Positions 6,541 to 15,769 of a DNA stretch of 33,494 nucleotides are shown here, one piece after another. Numbering within the stretch: position 1 is the first letter of the stretch; each line of letters begins with the position of its first letter. The notes beneath the pieces are model-generated. The model searched no databases and was not told the origin of the DNA. It saw only the letters and a list, made by a program, of their open reading frames with translations. A program made the position numbers and the translations under genes. This DNA is from Actinomycetota bacterium (GTDB lineage: Bacteria; Actinomycetota; Actinomycetes; S36-B12; UBA5976): contig CANLIF010000002.1 in the NCBI GenBank assembly GCA_947491175.1, forward strand, positions 1-33,494. Reading direction: 5' to 3'.

Positions 6541-7612
6541 GTGCAGAAATTGCTCCACTGGTTGTTACTGCCAAACCAAGTTCCGTTAATGCCACGGCAG
6601 CTTCGCCCATTGTGCTTTGCGCACCCGCAGCAGCGCCGAGTTGCTGTCCACTTAGATTGCGGTGATGAATCGATTCCATAATCACTGCAAGTTTGAAACA
6701 AGCAAGTGCCACACATTGGTCTAAGTGAGAAATGTCCAAGCCAGTTTGCTCAACATACCTATCCAGAACTTGTTGTCGTGACCAGAATCCAGGACCGCTG
6801 GTTACATCTTCAGCCACTGGAACTTTCCTGCGCAAAGTATCTGTTGCTTGACTCCAATAAACCAACGAAATTGCCAAGTCTGAAATTGGATCACCTAGTG
6901 TCGACATTTCCCAATCGAGCACTGCGACAATTTTGCTATCGGCGCTATCCAGGATTACATTGTCGATTCGGTAATCACCATGAACAATCGAGAAAGGTAG
7001 TGAATCTGGAACTCTTGTAATTGCAATTTCTAGCCAGGCATGCAGCGCTTCGATTTCTGGTAACTCGCGAGTCTTTGTGATCTGCCATTGCTCACCCCAA
7101 CGTTTAACTTGCCGCTGCAGGTAGCCAGCGGGCTTACCAAGTTGATCTAACCCAGCAGCAACTGGATCTACCGCGTGCAATCTAGCCAGAGTGTCGACAA
7201 GTTCCTGGGAGATCTCGCTGGCTTGCTGCGCCGAAAGCGATTGTGCGGTTTTGGCAGACTCAATTACCCGGCCGTCCACAAAATCCATCATCATAAATTT
7301 GGCACCGATTACAGATTCGTCTTCGCAGTAGCCACGAGTTGTTGGGGTTGGAAACAAAACGGTATTCAAACCAGAAAGAACTCGAAACTCTCGGCCCATG
7401 TCATGAGCCGAAGGCATGATGTGTCCAAGTGGCGGTCTACGCAGCACCCAACTTGAACCAAGTGCATCGTTAAGTTTGTAAGAAATGTTAGATCGGCCAC
7501 CAGCTAACAACGTGGCTTGTAATGGACTACTTGCAGCAAAGCCGTTTTCTTGCATCCACGAACTTAGCGGAACTAATCGCAATCCTGGCGGATCGGAAAT
7601 TTCTTTTGTCAC
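6530..7612 (-). CDS. Phosphotransferase (APH / choline-kinase-like) family protein.
   Basis: The catalytic loop is HGDYRIDNVILD and the downstream metal-binding segment is VLDWEMSTLGDP. The GTG start overlaps the TGA stop of the upstream acyl-CoA dehydrogenase (GTGA). Confidence 0.85.
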   Translation of the reverse strand: MTKEISDPPGLRLVPLSSWMQENGFAASSPLQATLLAGGRSNISYKLNDALGSSWVLRRPPLGHIMPSAHDMGREFRVLSGLNTVLFPTPTTRGYCEDESVIGAKFMMMDFVDGRVIESAKTAQSLSAQQASEISQELVDTLARLHAVDPVAAGLDQLGKPAGYLQRQVKRWGEQWQITKTRELPEIEALHAWLEIAITRVPDSLPFSIVHGDYRIDNVILDSADSKIVAVLDWEMSTLGDPISDLAISLVYWSQATDTLRRKVPVAEDVTSGPGFWSRQQVLDRYVEQTGLDISHLDQCVALACFKLAVIMESIHHRNLSGQQLGAAAGAQSTMGEAAVALTELGLAVTTSGAISALNQ

Positions 7613-8802
7613 GCCCAGTCTCCAGGCAACTTACCTGCCTGTGAATGACGAACTGATCGCCGTGAAATCGACCAGCGATGAACTTCGGAAGGTCCGTCAT
7701 AAATTCGAAATGGTCTGATGTCCCGGAAGATGTGTGCAATTGGTAATTCACTTGAAGTTCCTTTAGCACCACACAGTTGCATCGATCGATCAACGATTCT
7801 AAATGTTGCCTCGGCAACAAAAGTTTTAGCAATCGATGTCTCAGCGCGGGCTGGAAGACCTTGATCCAAAACCCAAGCAGCGCGATGGATTAACGCACGA
7901 CAAGCTGCGATATCTATTTCATTGTCAGCGATCATCTGTTGCGCCATGCCTAATGACGACAACTCGGTACCAAACATTGGACGCCACGCAGCGTAATCAA
8001 CTGCTGATTCATGTGCTCGGCGTGCCGCGCCTAACCAACGCATGCAGTGCGTCAAACGAGCAGGTCCGAGACGAACTTGGGCGTTAACAAAGCCTTCATC
8101 AACTTGACCAAGCACTGCATCATCTGAAACTTCACAGTTAGTAAAGTCGACAACGCCATGACCTCCAGTAAAGGCGCTGTCTAATGTGTCCAGGCTGCGA
8201 ACCACTGTCATTCCGGGGTTATCGGCATCGACGAGGAACATGGTTGCGCCACCAGAAGTTTTAGCCATCACAATTGAGAACCCAGCGCCATCAGCACCAG
8301 TTATTAACCACTTGTTGCCATTGATAGCCCAGCCAGCTGCAGTTTTTTCGGCTGAAGTTGAGAGCAAGTTTGGATCTGCGCCCGCACCAGGGCTTGGCTC
8401 TGTCATTGCAAATGAAGATCTGATCTCGCCCCGAGAAAGTGGTGCTAAGTATTTTGCACGCTGATCCGGTGTTGCGATCTTGTTTAGCAGCAGTATGTTG
8501 CCTTCATCAGGAGCTGCGCAGTTAAGTGCAGTTGGCCCAAGCAAGCTGCGCCCAGACTCTTCCAGGATTACGGCTTGTGCCACATGGTTAAATCCATGTC
8601 CACCAAATTCGTTTGGCGCAGTGGGAGCAAACACGTTGGCATTCCGCGCTTTGGTTTGTAATGCAACGCGCAACTCTGGATTGATGCCATGTGAATCTGG
8701 ATTCAATTCTGGTTCATGTTGAATAACTTCAGAATTGATGAAGTCGCGAACTCGCAACGCGAATTCCTTTACTTGTGGATCTTTATCAAACTCATAGCTC
8801 AT
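7609..8802 (-). CDS. Acyl-CoA dehydrogenase family protein.
   Basis: A typical ACAD layout: an N-terminal helical domain, a middle beta domain (FAMTEPSPGAGADP) and a C-terminal helical domain (RIYDGPSEVH). I chose the ATG at 8802 (MSYEFDKDPQVKEF). The track start at 8838 is a TTG. Confidence 0.85.
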   Translation of the reverse strand: MSYEFDKDPQVKEFALRVRDFINSEVIQHEPELNPDSHGINPELRVALQTKARNANVFAPTAPNEFGGHGFNHVAQAVILEESGRSLLGPTALNCAAPDEGNILLLNKIATPDQRAKYLAPLSRGEIRSSFAMTEPSPGAGADPNLLSTSAEKTAAGWAINGNKWLITGADGAGFSIVMAKTSGGATMFLVDADNPGMTVVRSLDTLDSAFTGGHGVVDFTNCEVSDDAVLGQVDEGFVNAQVRLGPARLTHCMRWLGAARRAHESAVDYAAWRPMFGTELSSLGMAQQMIADNEIDIAACRALIHRAAWVLDQGLPARAETSIAKTFVAEATFRIVDRSMQLCGAKGTSSELPIAHIFRDIRPFRIYDGPSEVHRWSISRRSVRHSQAGKLPGDWA

Positions 8803-8894
8803 GTGAGAAATCCATAACAATAGTTTTCGTAGTCCCAATTCTATCTTCCGTTATGCTTGAAGATATAACTTCTCAAACATTAGGGCTGTTCGAA

Positions 8895-9542
8895 ATGACT
8901 GATTCATCACCAAAAGGTTCGCTAACCTTTGAAGCCCTGACATTGCTTCGGGATGAAATCATCCAGGGCAAGATCCGCCCCAATGAGCGACTAATTGCAG
9001 TCGACCTAGCGGAGCGCCTAAACACTTCCCGCACCCCAATTCGGGAGGCTCTGCAACTTCTGGAAGCAGAAGAATTAGTGATTGCAGCTAAACGCGGTTA
9101 TGTAGTCCGTGAGCACACTCGAGATGAAATTGTCGAGATTTATGAAGTTCGTTCCGCACTTGAAGGTATGGCCGCTCGACTAGCCGCTGGTAAAAGTGGG
9201 ACTAGTGCCTATAAGGAAATTGAAAAAGTTGGCGCTCATAAAGACTCTCTAATTACTTCAAATGATCGCGATCTCATCGTGGATTTAAATGATCAGTTCC
9301 ATGCGGCGATCTTTACAGCGTGTGGAAATTCCCGATTAGAGCGAATTAATCGAAGTAACAGCCAACACTTCTTTAATCACCGGATTGCCCAGATGTACAG
9401 CAAGGAAGAAACAAAGCTTTCTATCAAAGGTCACGCAGCAATTCTAAAAGCAATAAAGAATCATGATCCAGATGATGCCGAATCCCTGGCGCAGCAGCAT
9501 GTAATGGATGCGTTAGAAGTAACGCTTACAAAACTGCGCTAA
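8895..9542 (+). CDS. GntR-family transcriptional regulator, FadR/FCD subfamily.
   Basis: The winged helix-turn-helix reads LAERLNTSRTPIREALQLLEAEELV. The FCD-type C-terminal domain contains DLNDQFHAAIF. I prefer the ATG at 8895. In-frame alternatives exist at 8853 (ATG) and 8775 (GTG). Confidence 0.8.
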   Translation: MTDSSPKGSLTFEALTLLRDEIIQGKIRPNERLIAVDLAERLNTSRTPIREALQLLEAEELVIAAKRGYVVREHTRDEIVEIYEVRSALEGMAARLAAGKSGTSAYKEIEKVGAHKDSLITSNDRDLIVDLNDQFHAAIFTACGNSRLERINRSNSQHFFNHRIAQMYSKEETKLSIKGHAAILKAIKNHDPDDAESLAQQHVMDALEVTLTKLR

Positions 9543-9548
9543 TTGGAA

Positions 9549-10298
9549 CTAGGTATTGCCATTTATGGTGATGCCGCCATCAACCGTAATAGTTTGTCCC
9601 GTGATGTAACTGGAATCAGCTGACATTAAAAACTTAACTACAGTTGCGATTTCATGCGGTTCCGCTAGGCGCTGCTGCGGAATTCTGGCAGTAAGTGCAG
9701 CTTCGGAAAGTCGACCATCTTTTATCCCGCCAGCCACCATTTCAGTTCGAGTCCAACCTGGCGCAACTGCATTTACCCGAATGTCGCGGTTAGCCCATTC
9801 CAAACCAAGAGTTCTAGTTAGGCCTTCAAGACCGGCTTTGGCCGCGGTATAGCCAGCGCGGCCAGCAATCCCAACGCTGCCAGCGATCGAGCCAACATTT
9901 ACTATCGTGGCGCCTTTGGCTTTTTCCAAATCAGCAAACGCAGCTTGACTACATCTAAATACGCCACTGAGATCAGTATCAATTACGGTTTCCCAGTCTG
10001 CTTCGCTTAGCACTTCGGACTCTTCCCGAATAATCACTCCCGCACAGTTAATTAGTGAATCGAGTGATTCGAATTCATTTCTAATCTCGGCAAGCACTGC
10101 ATCAATCGAATTACGATCTCGAACATCCATAACTTTTCCAACTGCTTTGCCAGGACCTGAAGTCAGGCCTGCAACTGCACTTGAAATTGCCTCGGCATCT
10201 CGTCCGGTGATGACAACATTCCAGCCATCTTGGATTAGTTCTTGGCTGATGGCTAGGCCAATTCCTTTTGCTCCGCCTGTGACGAGTGCAGTTTTCAT
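9549..10298 (-). CDS. SDR-family oxidoreductase (FabG-like).
   Basis: MKTALVTGGAKGIGLAI (TGxxxGIG), NCAG, and the catalytic Y-x-x-x-K in YTAAKAG. I chose the ATG at 10298. The track start at 10304 is a TTG that abuts the upstream stop. Confidence 0.85.
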   Translation of the reverse strand: MKTALVTGGAKGIGLAISQELIQDGWNVVITGRDAEAISSAVAGLTSGPGKAVGKVMDVRDRNSIDAVLAEIRNEFESLDSLINCAGVIIREESEVLSEADWETVIDTDLSGVFRCSQAAFADLEKAKGATIVNVGSIAGSVGIAGRAGYTAAKAGLEGLTRTLGLEWANRDIRVNAVAPGWTRTEMVAGGIKDGRLSEAALTARIPQQRLAEPHEIATVVKFLMSADSSYITGQTITVDGGITINGNT

Positions 10299-10304
10299 GC
10301 GCAA

Positions 10305-11564
10305 TTACTTACGGTAAGTGCGAACAACAAATGGATCCATTTCAATTTCGGGCGTGCGACCAGCGATGATGTCCACGATTGCAGCACTTGAGCCACTGGC
10401 CATGGTCCAGCCCATGTGACCGTGACCGGTGTTGTAATACAAGTTCTTATGCTTTTTACCCTTACCAATAATTGGCGGGCCGTCTGGCGTCATCGGGCGA
10501 AGTCCGGCAGTCATTGAACCGCCATCCCAATCAGCCGCATCTGGCCAAAGTTCTTTTGCAGTGCTGCGGATTGCCGAAAAATCCTCTGGCTTATGTGAAG
10601 CATCAAATCCAGAGAACTGCGCAGTCGATGACATGCGTAGTTGGTCACCCATCGGAGACCAAGCCACCAAAGTTTTTTCATCGACACCACCGAGTTCTGG
10701 TGCTTTTGACTTGTCTTTCAGATCAAAAGTCATCGAGAATCCCTTGGCCGGATAAACCGGAAGATCTTGGCCAACAGTGCGAGAAAGTTTTGGACTCCAG
10801 ACACCCATGGCAAGCACGTAGTTATCAGCAGTTAACAAACCCTGATCGGTTTGTAGTCCAGTGATTCGATCGCCATCGGCCACAAATGATTTTGCAGTTA
10901 CGCCAAGTTTGAATTCGACGCCTTTGCTAATCAAAAGTTCAGTAAGTTTGCGAGTAAATAGCTCAGAGTTACCGCTGCCATCATTTGGCGCGTGAATTGC
11001 TCCAGCTAGTTGAACTGTGGCATTGCCAAACGCTGGATCAACAGCAGCTAAGCCTTTCATGTCTAAGCGTTCAAGTTTTTGGCCATTGTCAGTCAGCAGT
11101 TTCATCTTGCCCATACCAACTTCAAGCTCGGCAGCATCGCGGTACAAGTACAACAAACCTTTGTCGACACCTTGGTAGTCGATGTTTTCGGCAAGAGCAA
11201 TTTCATCAAGTTTGGTTTGGCTGTAATCGCACAGATGCATTTTTGCCAAGGTATTAATAGCCGCACGTTCAGTAGTGCACTCACGCATGAACTGCAAACC
11301 CCACCAAAGAAATCTTGGATTTAAAGTGGGCTTGACACGAATCGAAGTTTTTTCACCGAATAAAGATTTAATCAACATTTTTGGCGCGGCTGGAGATGCC
11401 CATGCAAAGCAATGGCCTGGCGCAATCAATCCTGCGTTTACGGCAGTTGCTTCTGATCCAACCGTTTTTGCTTTATCCACGATGACAACTTCGTGGCCTT
11501 CTTTATAAAGGTAGTAAGCAGTTGTAACACCTACAACGCCGCCACCAACAACTATTGTGCGCAC
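10305..11564 (-). CDS. dadA: FAD-dependent D-amino-acid dehydrogenase (DadA-like).
   Basis: RTIVVGGGVVGVTTAYYL, ATAVNAGLIAPGH and the C-terminal NTGHGHMGWTMASGS resemble E. coli DadA from memory. I prefer the GTG at 11564 (AAGGAG with a 6-nt spacer) over the TTG at 11567. Confidence 0.75.
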   Translation of the reverse strand: MRTIVVGGGVVGVTTAYYLYKEGHEVVIVDKAKTVGSEATAVNAGLIAPGHCFAWASPAAPKMLIKSLFGEKTSIRVKPTLNPRFLWWGLQFMRECTTERAAINTLAKMHLCDYSQTKLDEIALAENIDYQGVDKGLLYLYRDAAELEVGMGKMKLLTDNGQKLERLDMKGLAAVDPAFGNATVQLAGAIHAPNDGSGNSELFTRKLTELLISKGVEFKLGVTAKSFVADGDRITGLQTDQGLLTADNYVLAMGVWSPKLSRTVGQDLPVYPAKGFSMTFDLKDKSKAPELGGVDEKTLVAWSPMGDQLRMSSTAQFSGFDASHKPEDFSAIRSTAKELWPDAADWDGGSMTAGLRPMTPDGPPIIGKGKKHKNLYYNTGHGHMGWTMASGSSAAIVDIIAGRTPEIEMDPFVVRTYRK

Positions 11565-11600
11565 CAAAATCTCCTTGTGTTTTTTGCTAACGACAGTCTT

Positions 11601-12335
11601 TCAGCAAATTCCCTGATAGTCATGAGGAACGGTTGCGTTATATACATAAGTTATGAAATTGGCCCAATCAAAGACCGGAAGGCCAGTAGCCTGCTCAATT
11701 GCCTTGCTGTAAGGCGGCAAGTCGCTGCACTCCAACATAAATGCCCGAATTGCGGGATCTCGTTTGATTACATCTTGGGCGGCCTGGACTGCTTCAGCAC
11801 GCATCTTGTCTTCGTCGAGGGTGCCAAGTTCTTTCAAGATTACGTCATTGAAATGAGAGTAAGTTTCCATACCCTGAATTGTCAGGCGAGAAGTGTCGGT
11901 AATGCCCGCACCAGCAAGTAGTTCAGGTGTCATTGAGGCTGAGTTAGCAGTCAGAATTGCAATGCTGTGCTGTGTCCCGTACATGTTTAGCAACATCGGA
12001 ATTTGTACCAAGCTAGTTAAGAAAACTGGAATGTTTACCTGACTGGCAACTTCTTCTTGAAATGTAGCCATGAAGCCACAGTTACCGGTGATTGCCCGCA
12101 CGCCTTCGGCTTCAAGCTTCTGTGCCGCAGCCACCATGATCTGGGCGAAGCTATCACCATTGCCACGGAGCACGTCCGCGCCAGAAACTCCGGCAACTGA
12201 TTCGTAACGCACTGGAAAAGGGAAGGTTCCAGCGTTATTCAAATCCCCCGGAATAAATGGAATATGCCATTCTGCGCAAAGCATTCCGATTGCATACCCA
12301 TAGGCAACTTGCCCAGTTCTGGCTTGGTAGATCAT
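11601..12335 (-). CDS. Asp/Glu/hydantoin racemase superfamily protein.
   Basis: I chose the ATG at 12335 (GGGGG Shine-Dalgarno, 5-nt spacer). The motif IPFIPGDLNNAGTFPFPVRYESV is present. Two candidate catalytic Cys residues lie in GNCGF and LECSDLPPY. Confidence 0.7.
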   Translation of the reverse strand: MIYQARTGQVAYGYAIGMLCAEWHIPFIPGDLNNAGTFPFPVRYESVAGVSGADVLRGNGDSFAQIMVAAAQKLEAEGVRAITGNCGFMATFQEEVASQVNIPVFLTSLVQIPMLLNMYGTQHSIAILTANSASMTPELLAGAGITDTSRLTIQGMETYSHFNDVILKELGTLDEDKMRAEAVQAAQDVIKRDPAIRAFMLECSDLPPYSKAIEQATGLPVFDWANFITYVYNATVPHDYQGIC

Positions 12336-12476
12336 TTCTGCCCCCAAAAGATTCGAGTTTTCCGAAAATCTGTATGCGTTAGTGTATGCATTAACTATTC
12401 TTTGCCCAGAAAGTCCCCAAGTCAAGCCAATTTTCACCACTTGCCAACGCTGGGCGCAGCGTGGAAGAGTGCATTC

Positions 12477-13562
12477 ATGAGCGAATCGCGGTTTTTGCCA
12501 GACTTTGAACCAATCGCTCCATTTAGCCGCCTAACTGAATCTGGAATCTTGGATTCCGGTGAATCCCCGATGTCCGATGAAGCCGTGCTGGAAGCACTTC
12601 GCTACATGGTTTTGACTCGAGTATTTGATGACAAAGCAACCAGCATGCAACGCCAAGGTCGCTTTGGAACTTTTTCATCAGTTCGTGGACAAGAAGCATC
12701 AGTAGTCGGCGCAGCTTCAGCCCTTGATCCGACTAAAGACTGGATTGTTCCGCAGTACCGAGAATTTCCAGCACTGATTCGCCACGGATATCCAATCGAA
12801 AATTTCGCGCTGTATTTTATGGGCAATCCCAAAGGTGGAACCATTCCACCAAATGTAAATATGTTGCCAATGCAAATTTCATTAGCTGCGCAAATTCCAC
12901 AAGCAACTGGTTTGGCTTGGGGACTAAAGATGCAAGGTGGCGATGGCGTTGCCATAACTTTCTTTGGTGATGGCGCATCATCTGAAGGAGACTTTCACGA
13001 AAGTTTGAATCTTGCCGGAATTGTAAAAGCGCCAGTAATTTTCTTTTTACAAAATAATGGCTGGGCAATATCAACACCGCGCGAAAATCAAACTGCAGCT
13101 CGATCATTTGCTGAACGCGCAATTGGTTATGGCGTTGAAGGCGTAATAGTTGATGGCAATGACTTACTTGCTGTTCATGAAGTGACCTCGCAGGCCGTTG
13201 CCAAAGCACGTGCAGGTGGCGGACCGACATTAATCGAATCCGTTACCTATCGAATTGGGGCGCACAACACCGCAGATGATCCAACTAGATATGTAGATCA
13301 ACAAGAATTTGAAAAATGGCAGCAAAAAGATCCTGTTGAGCGAATCAAAAATTATTTGCGAAGTCGCGGAATCTGGAATGAAAACTTAGAGCAAGAAATG
13401 TTAGATAGTTGCGCAGCGCAGGTTGATGCAGCAATGGACATTGCTCGCAATACCTCTCTTGCTACCAGCGATGCTCTGTTTGATCACGTTTATGCCGAAC
13501 CACCTCAACGAATGCAGAATCAGAAATCTCATTGGGCGAATCGAAATGGTGGTGTCTCATGA
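12477..13562 (+). CDS. TPP-dependent 2-oxoacid dehydrogenase E1 component, alpha subunit.
   Basis: The TPP motif GDGASSEGDFHESLNLAG...NNGWAIS is present. I chose the ATG at 12477 (GGAAGAG Shine-Dalgarno). The 71-codon upstream extension in the track overlaps the divergent gene. Confidence 0.9.
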   Translation: MSESRFLPDFEPIAPFSRLTESGILDSGESPMSDEAVLEALRYMVLTRVFDDKATSMQRQGRFGTFSSVRGQEASVVGAASALDPTKDWIVPQYREFPALIRHGYPIENFALYFMGNPKGGTIPPNVNMLPMQISLAAQIPQATGLAWGLKMQGGDGVAITFFGDGASSEGDFHESLNLAGIVKAPVIFFLQNNGWAISTPRENQTAARSFAERAIGYGVEGVIVDGNDLLAVHEVTSQAVAKARAGGGPTLIESVTYRIGAHNTADDPTRYVDQQEFEKWQQKDPVERIKNYLRSRGIWNENLEQEMLDSCAAQVDAAMDIARNTSLATSDALFDHVYAEPPQRMQNQKSHWANRNGGVS

Positions 13563-14542
13563 GTGAAAAAACCATGATCGAAGCAATTCGCGAATGCCTG
13601 GGCCAAGAAATGGAAGCCGATAGTCGCGTAGTTGTAATTGGCGAAGATGTTGGTGTGCTTGGTGGGGTGTTCCGCGCCACAGATGGTTTGCAAGCGCGCT
13701 TTGGCAAGGATCGAGTAGTAGACATGCCTTTGGCGGAAGGCGTGATTGTTGGTTCGGGAATCGGGCTGGCAATTAGTGGCCTTCGTCCTGTTATTGAATT
13801 GCAATTCTTAGGCTTTGGCCATCAGGCATTTCATCAGATCGGTCAACAAGTTGCTCGATTGCGCTATCGCTCGCAGGGCCGGCACTCACTTCCGCTTGTG
13901 ATTCGTTCACCATTTGGCGGTGGCGTTCGCACCCCAGAGCTTCACTCCGATGCCTTTGAAGCTTTTTACACTCACACTCCTGGCTTAAAAGTTGTGGCGC
14001 CAGCAACTGCATTTGACGCAAAAGGATTACTTGCTGCGGCGATGGAATCAGATGACCCAGTTCTATATCTTGAACCGCTAAAGGGTTATCGCTTGACTAA
14101 AGATGAAGTTCCAGACGAGCGATACACCGTCCCACTTGGGAAACTTCGGGTAGCTCGCGCCGGTACTGATGTAACGCTGATTGCCTGGTCAGCAGCAGTT
14201 AATGTGGCCGAACGCGCAGCAGAAGAACTTTCTGAGCAAGGTATCAGCGTTGAGGTGCTAGATCTACGGTCACTAAATCCACTGGACATCGATGGAATTT
14301 CTGAATCTGTGACGAAGACTGGTCGAGTAGCAATTTTGCATGAGGCGCCACTTACTGGCGGTTTTGGTGGCGAACTCGTTGCAACTATTCAGCAAGAATG
14401 TTTTTACAGCTTGGAAGCACCAATTATTAGAATCACTTCGCCTGATACTCCTTACCCACTTGGTGGTGTCGAAGATCTTTACATTCCAGATGTTGATCGA
14501 GTAGTTGCTGAAGTTGCAACTTTGGCAAAGGCATCTGCATGA
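13559..14542 (+). CDS. 2-oxoacid dehydrogenase E1 component, beta subunit.
   Basis: MSEKTMIEAIRECLGQEMEADSRVVVIGEDVG is a typical E1-beta N-terminus. The start forms an ATGA overlap with the E1-alpha stop. Confidence 0.9.
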   Translation: MSEKTMIEAIRECLGQEMEADSRVVVIGEDVGVLGGVFRATDGLQARFGKDRVVDMPLAEGVIVGSGIGLAISGLRPVIELQFLGFGHQAFHQIGQQVARLRYRSQGRHSLPLVIRSPFGGGVRTPELHSDAFEAFYTHTPGLKVVAPATAFDAKGLLAAAMESDDPVLYLEPLKGYRLTKDEVPDERYTVPLGKLRVARAGTDVTLIAWSAAVNVAERAAEELSEQGISVEVLDLRSLNPLDIDGISESVTKTGRVAILHEAPLTGGFGGELVATIQQECFYSLEAPIIRITSPDTPYPLGGVEDLYIPDVDRVVAEVATLAKASA

Positions 14543-15759
14543 GTAACTTGATCGACTACAAACTTGCTGATGTTGGCGAAGGTATTGCTGAAGCTGAAGT
14601 AATTGAATGGTTAGTTGCAGTCGGTGACACCGTAAAAGAAGATCAGCCGGTAGTCGTTGTTGAGACTGATAAATCTCAAATTGAAATCCCAGCGCCAGTA
14701 ACTGGAATTGTGAAATCACTTGGTGCAAAAGTTGGCGATGTTTTAGCTGTTGGTTCTAACTTGATGCAGATTGAAGCAACTGGAAAAGTTTCAAATGACA
14801 TTGCCTCACATATCGCGGAGCCGGTAACCGAGGTTAAACAATCTTCCGCGCAGACTGCAACACCCGCTCGTGCGACAAACATGCGACCACTGGCCAGTCC
14901 AAGCACTCGTAAACTTGCAGATTCACTCGGTGTCTCATTAGAAGCGGTAACCGGCTCGGGTCCTAATGGCCGAATTACTGACGAAGACGTAACTAACGCA
15001 AAGTCAGATTCCAATGCAGCAACCGTTTCGCAAGACTCCAGCCCAACAATTTCACAGGCTGATGGTGACGGCATAACCCTGATTCAATTGCGCGGGTTAC
15101 GGCGACAAATTGCATCGAGTATGTCTGAGGCGCTTCGGATTCCGCACATCACTGAGTTCAAAGAAATAGATGCCACAGCACTTATGGCTTTGCGCAGCGA
15201 ATTGGCTCCAGAATTTGAAAAAGCAGGAATCAAGTTTTCGGTTACACCCCTTTTGATGCGGGCATGTGTAATCGCACTGCAGAATTACCCATCATTCAAT
15301 GCTCGCTTTGATGCCGAGATGTCTGAAATTCGTCAGTACGACGACATCAACTTAGGTTTTGCAACCGCAACTGATGACGGTTTGATAGTTCCAGTTATGC
15401 GCAAAGCAAACAACTTCACAGTTTCAATGCTGGCAAAGCAAACTGAAGAGCTTGCCGAACTAGCCAAGACCAGGAAAGCCACACCTGACCAACTTGGCGG
15501 TGGCACCTTCACGGTTACTAATTTTGGTTCATTTGGAACTTGGTTAGGAACTCCAATTATTCGGCCACCTGAGGTCGCAATTGCTGGCTTTGGCCGAATC
15601 GCGGAAAAAGTTATTCCAGTTGACGGCATGCCAGCAGTTCGCATGGTGTTGCCAATTGTGGTTGCAGCCGATCATCGCGTTAATGATGGCGCGCACCTAG
15701 GCGCTTTCGTTAGTGACATCGCAAAACTTTTGCTTAACCCAGATTCTTTAGTGAAGTAG
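14539..15759 (+). CDS. Dihydrolipoamide acyltransferase (E2).
   Basis: The lipoyl domain contains the VETDKS lysine. The E3/E1-binding domain reads ASPSTRKLADSLGV. The catalytic domain carries DHRVNDG. The start forms an ATGA overlap with E1-beta. Confidence 0.9.
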   Translation: MSNLIDYKLADVGEGIAEAEVIEWLVAVGDTVKEDQPVVVVETDKSQIEIPAPVTGIVKSLGAKVGDVLAVGSNLMQIEATGKVSNDIASHIAEPVTEVKQSSAQTATPARATNMRPLASPSTRKLADSLGVSLEAVTGSGPNGRITDEDVTNAKSDSNAATVSQDSSPTISQADGDGITLIQLRGLRRQIASSMSEALRIPHITEFKEIDATALMALRSELAPEFEKAGIKFSVTPLLMRACVIALQNYPSFNARFDAEMSEIRQYDDINLGFATATDDGLIVPVMRKANNFTVSMLAKQTEELAELAKTRKATPDQLGGGTFTVTNFGSFGTWLGTPIIRPPEVAIAGFGRIAEKVIPVDGMPAVRMVLPIVVAADHRVNDGAHLGAFVSDIAKLLLNPDSLVK

Positions 15760-15769
15760 GGCAGGACTA

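Noticed and set aside
8803-8894. Candidate GntR operators (AACAATAGTT; GTTAT-N10-ATAAC) in the ACAD/gntR divergent region. Also the small palindromes ACGCTG-GGCG-CAGCGT and ATGCAT in 12336-12476.
   Set aside because: The arms are only 5-6 bp and imperfect, and no repeated motif is shared between the two control regions. They cannot be distinguished from chance by eye.
12264-12476. A 71-codon extension of the E1-alpha ORF, plus similar long N-terminal extensions of other genes (3664, 6062, 8775, 8838, 12440, 13532, 22062).
   Set aside because: The extensions overlap divergent genes or upstream stops and have odd composition. Internal starts with Shine-Dalgarno sequences or start/stop coupling give N-termini typical of each family.
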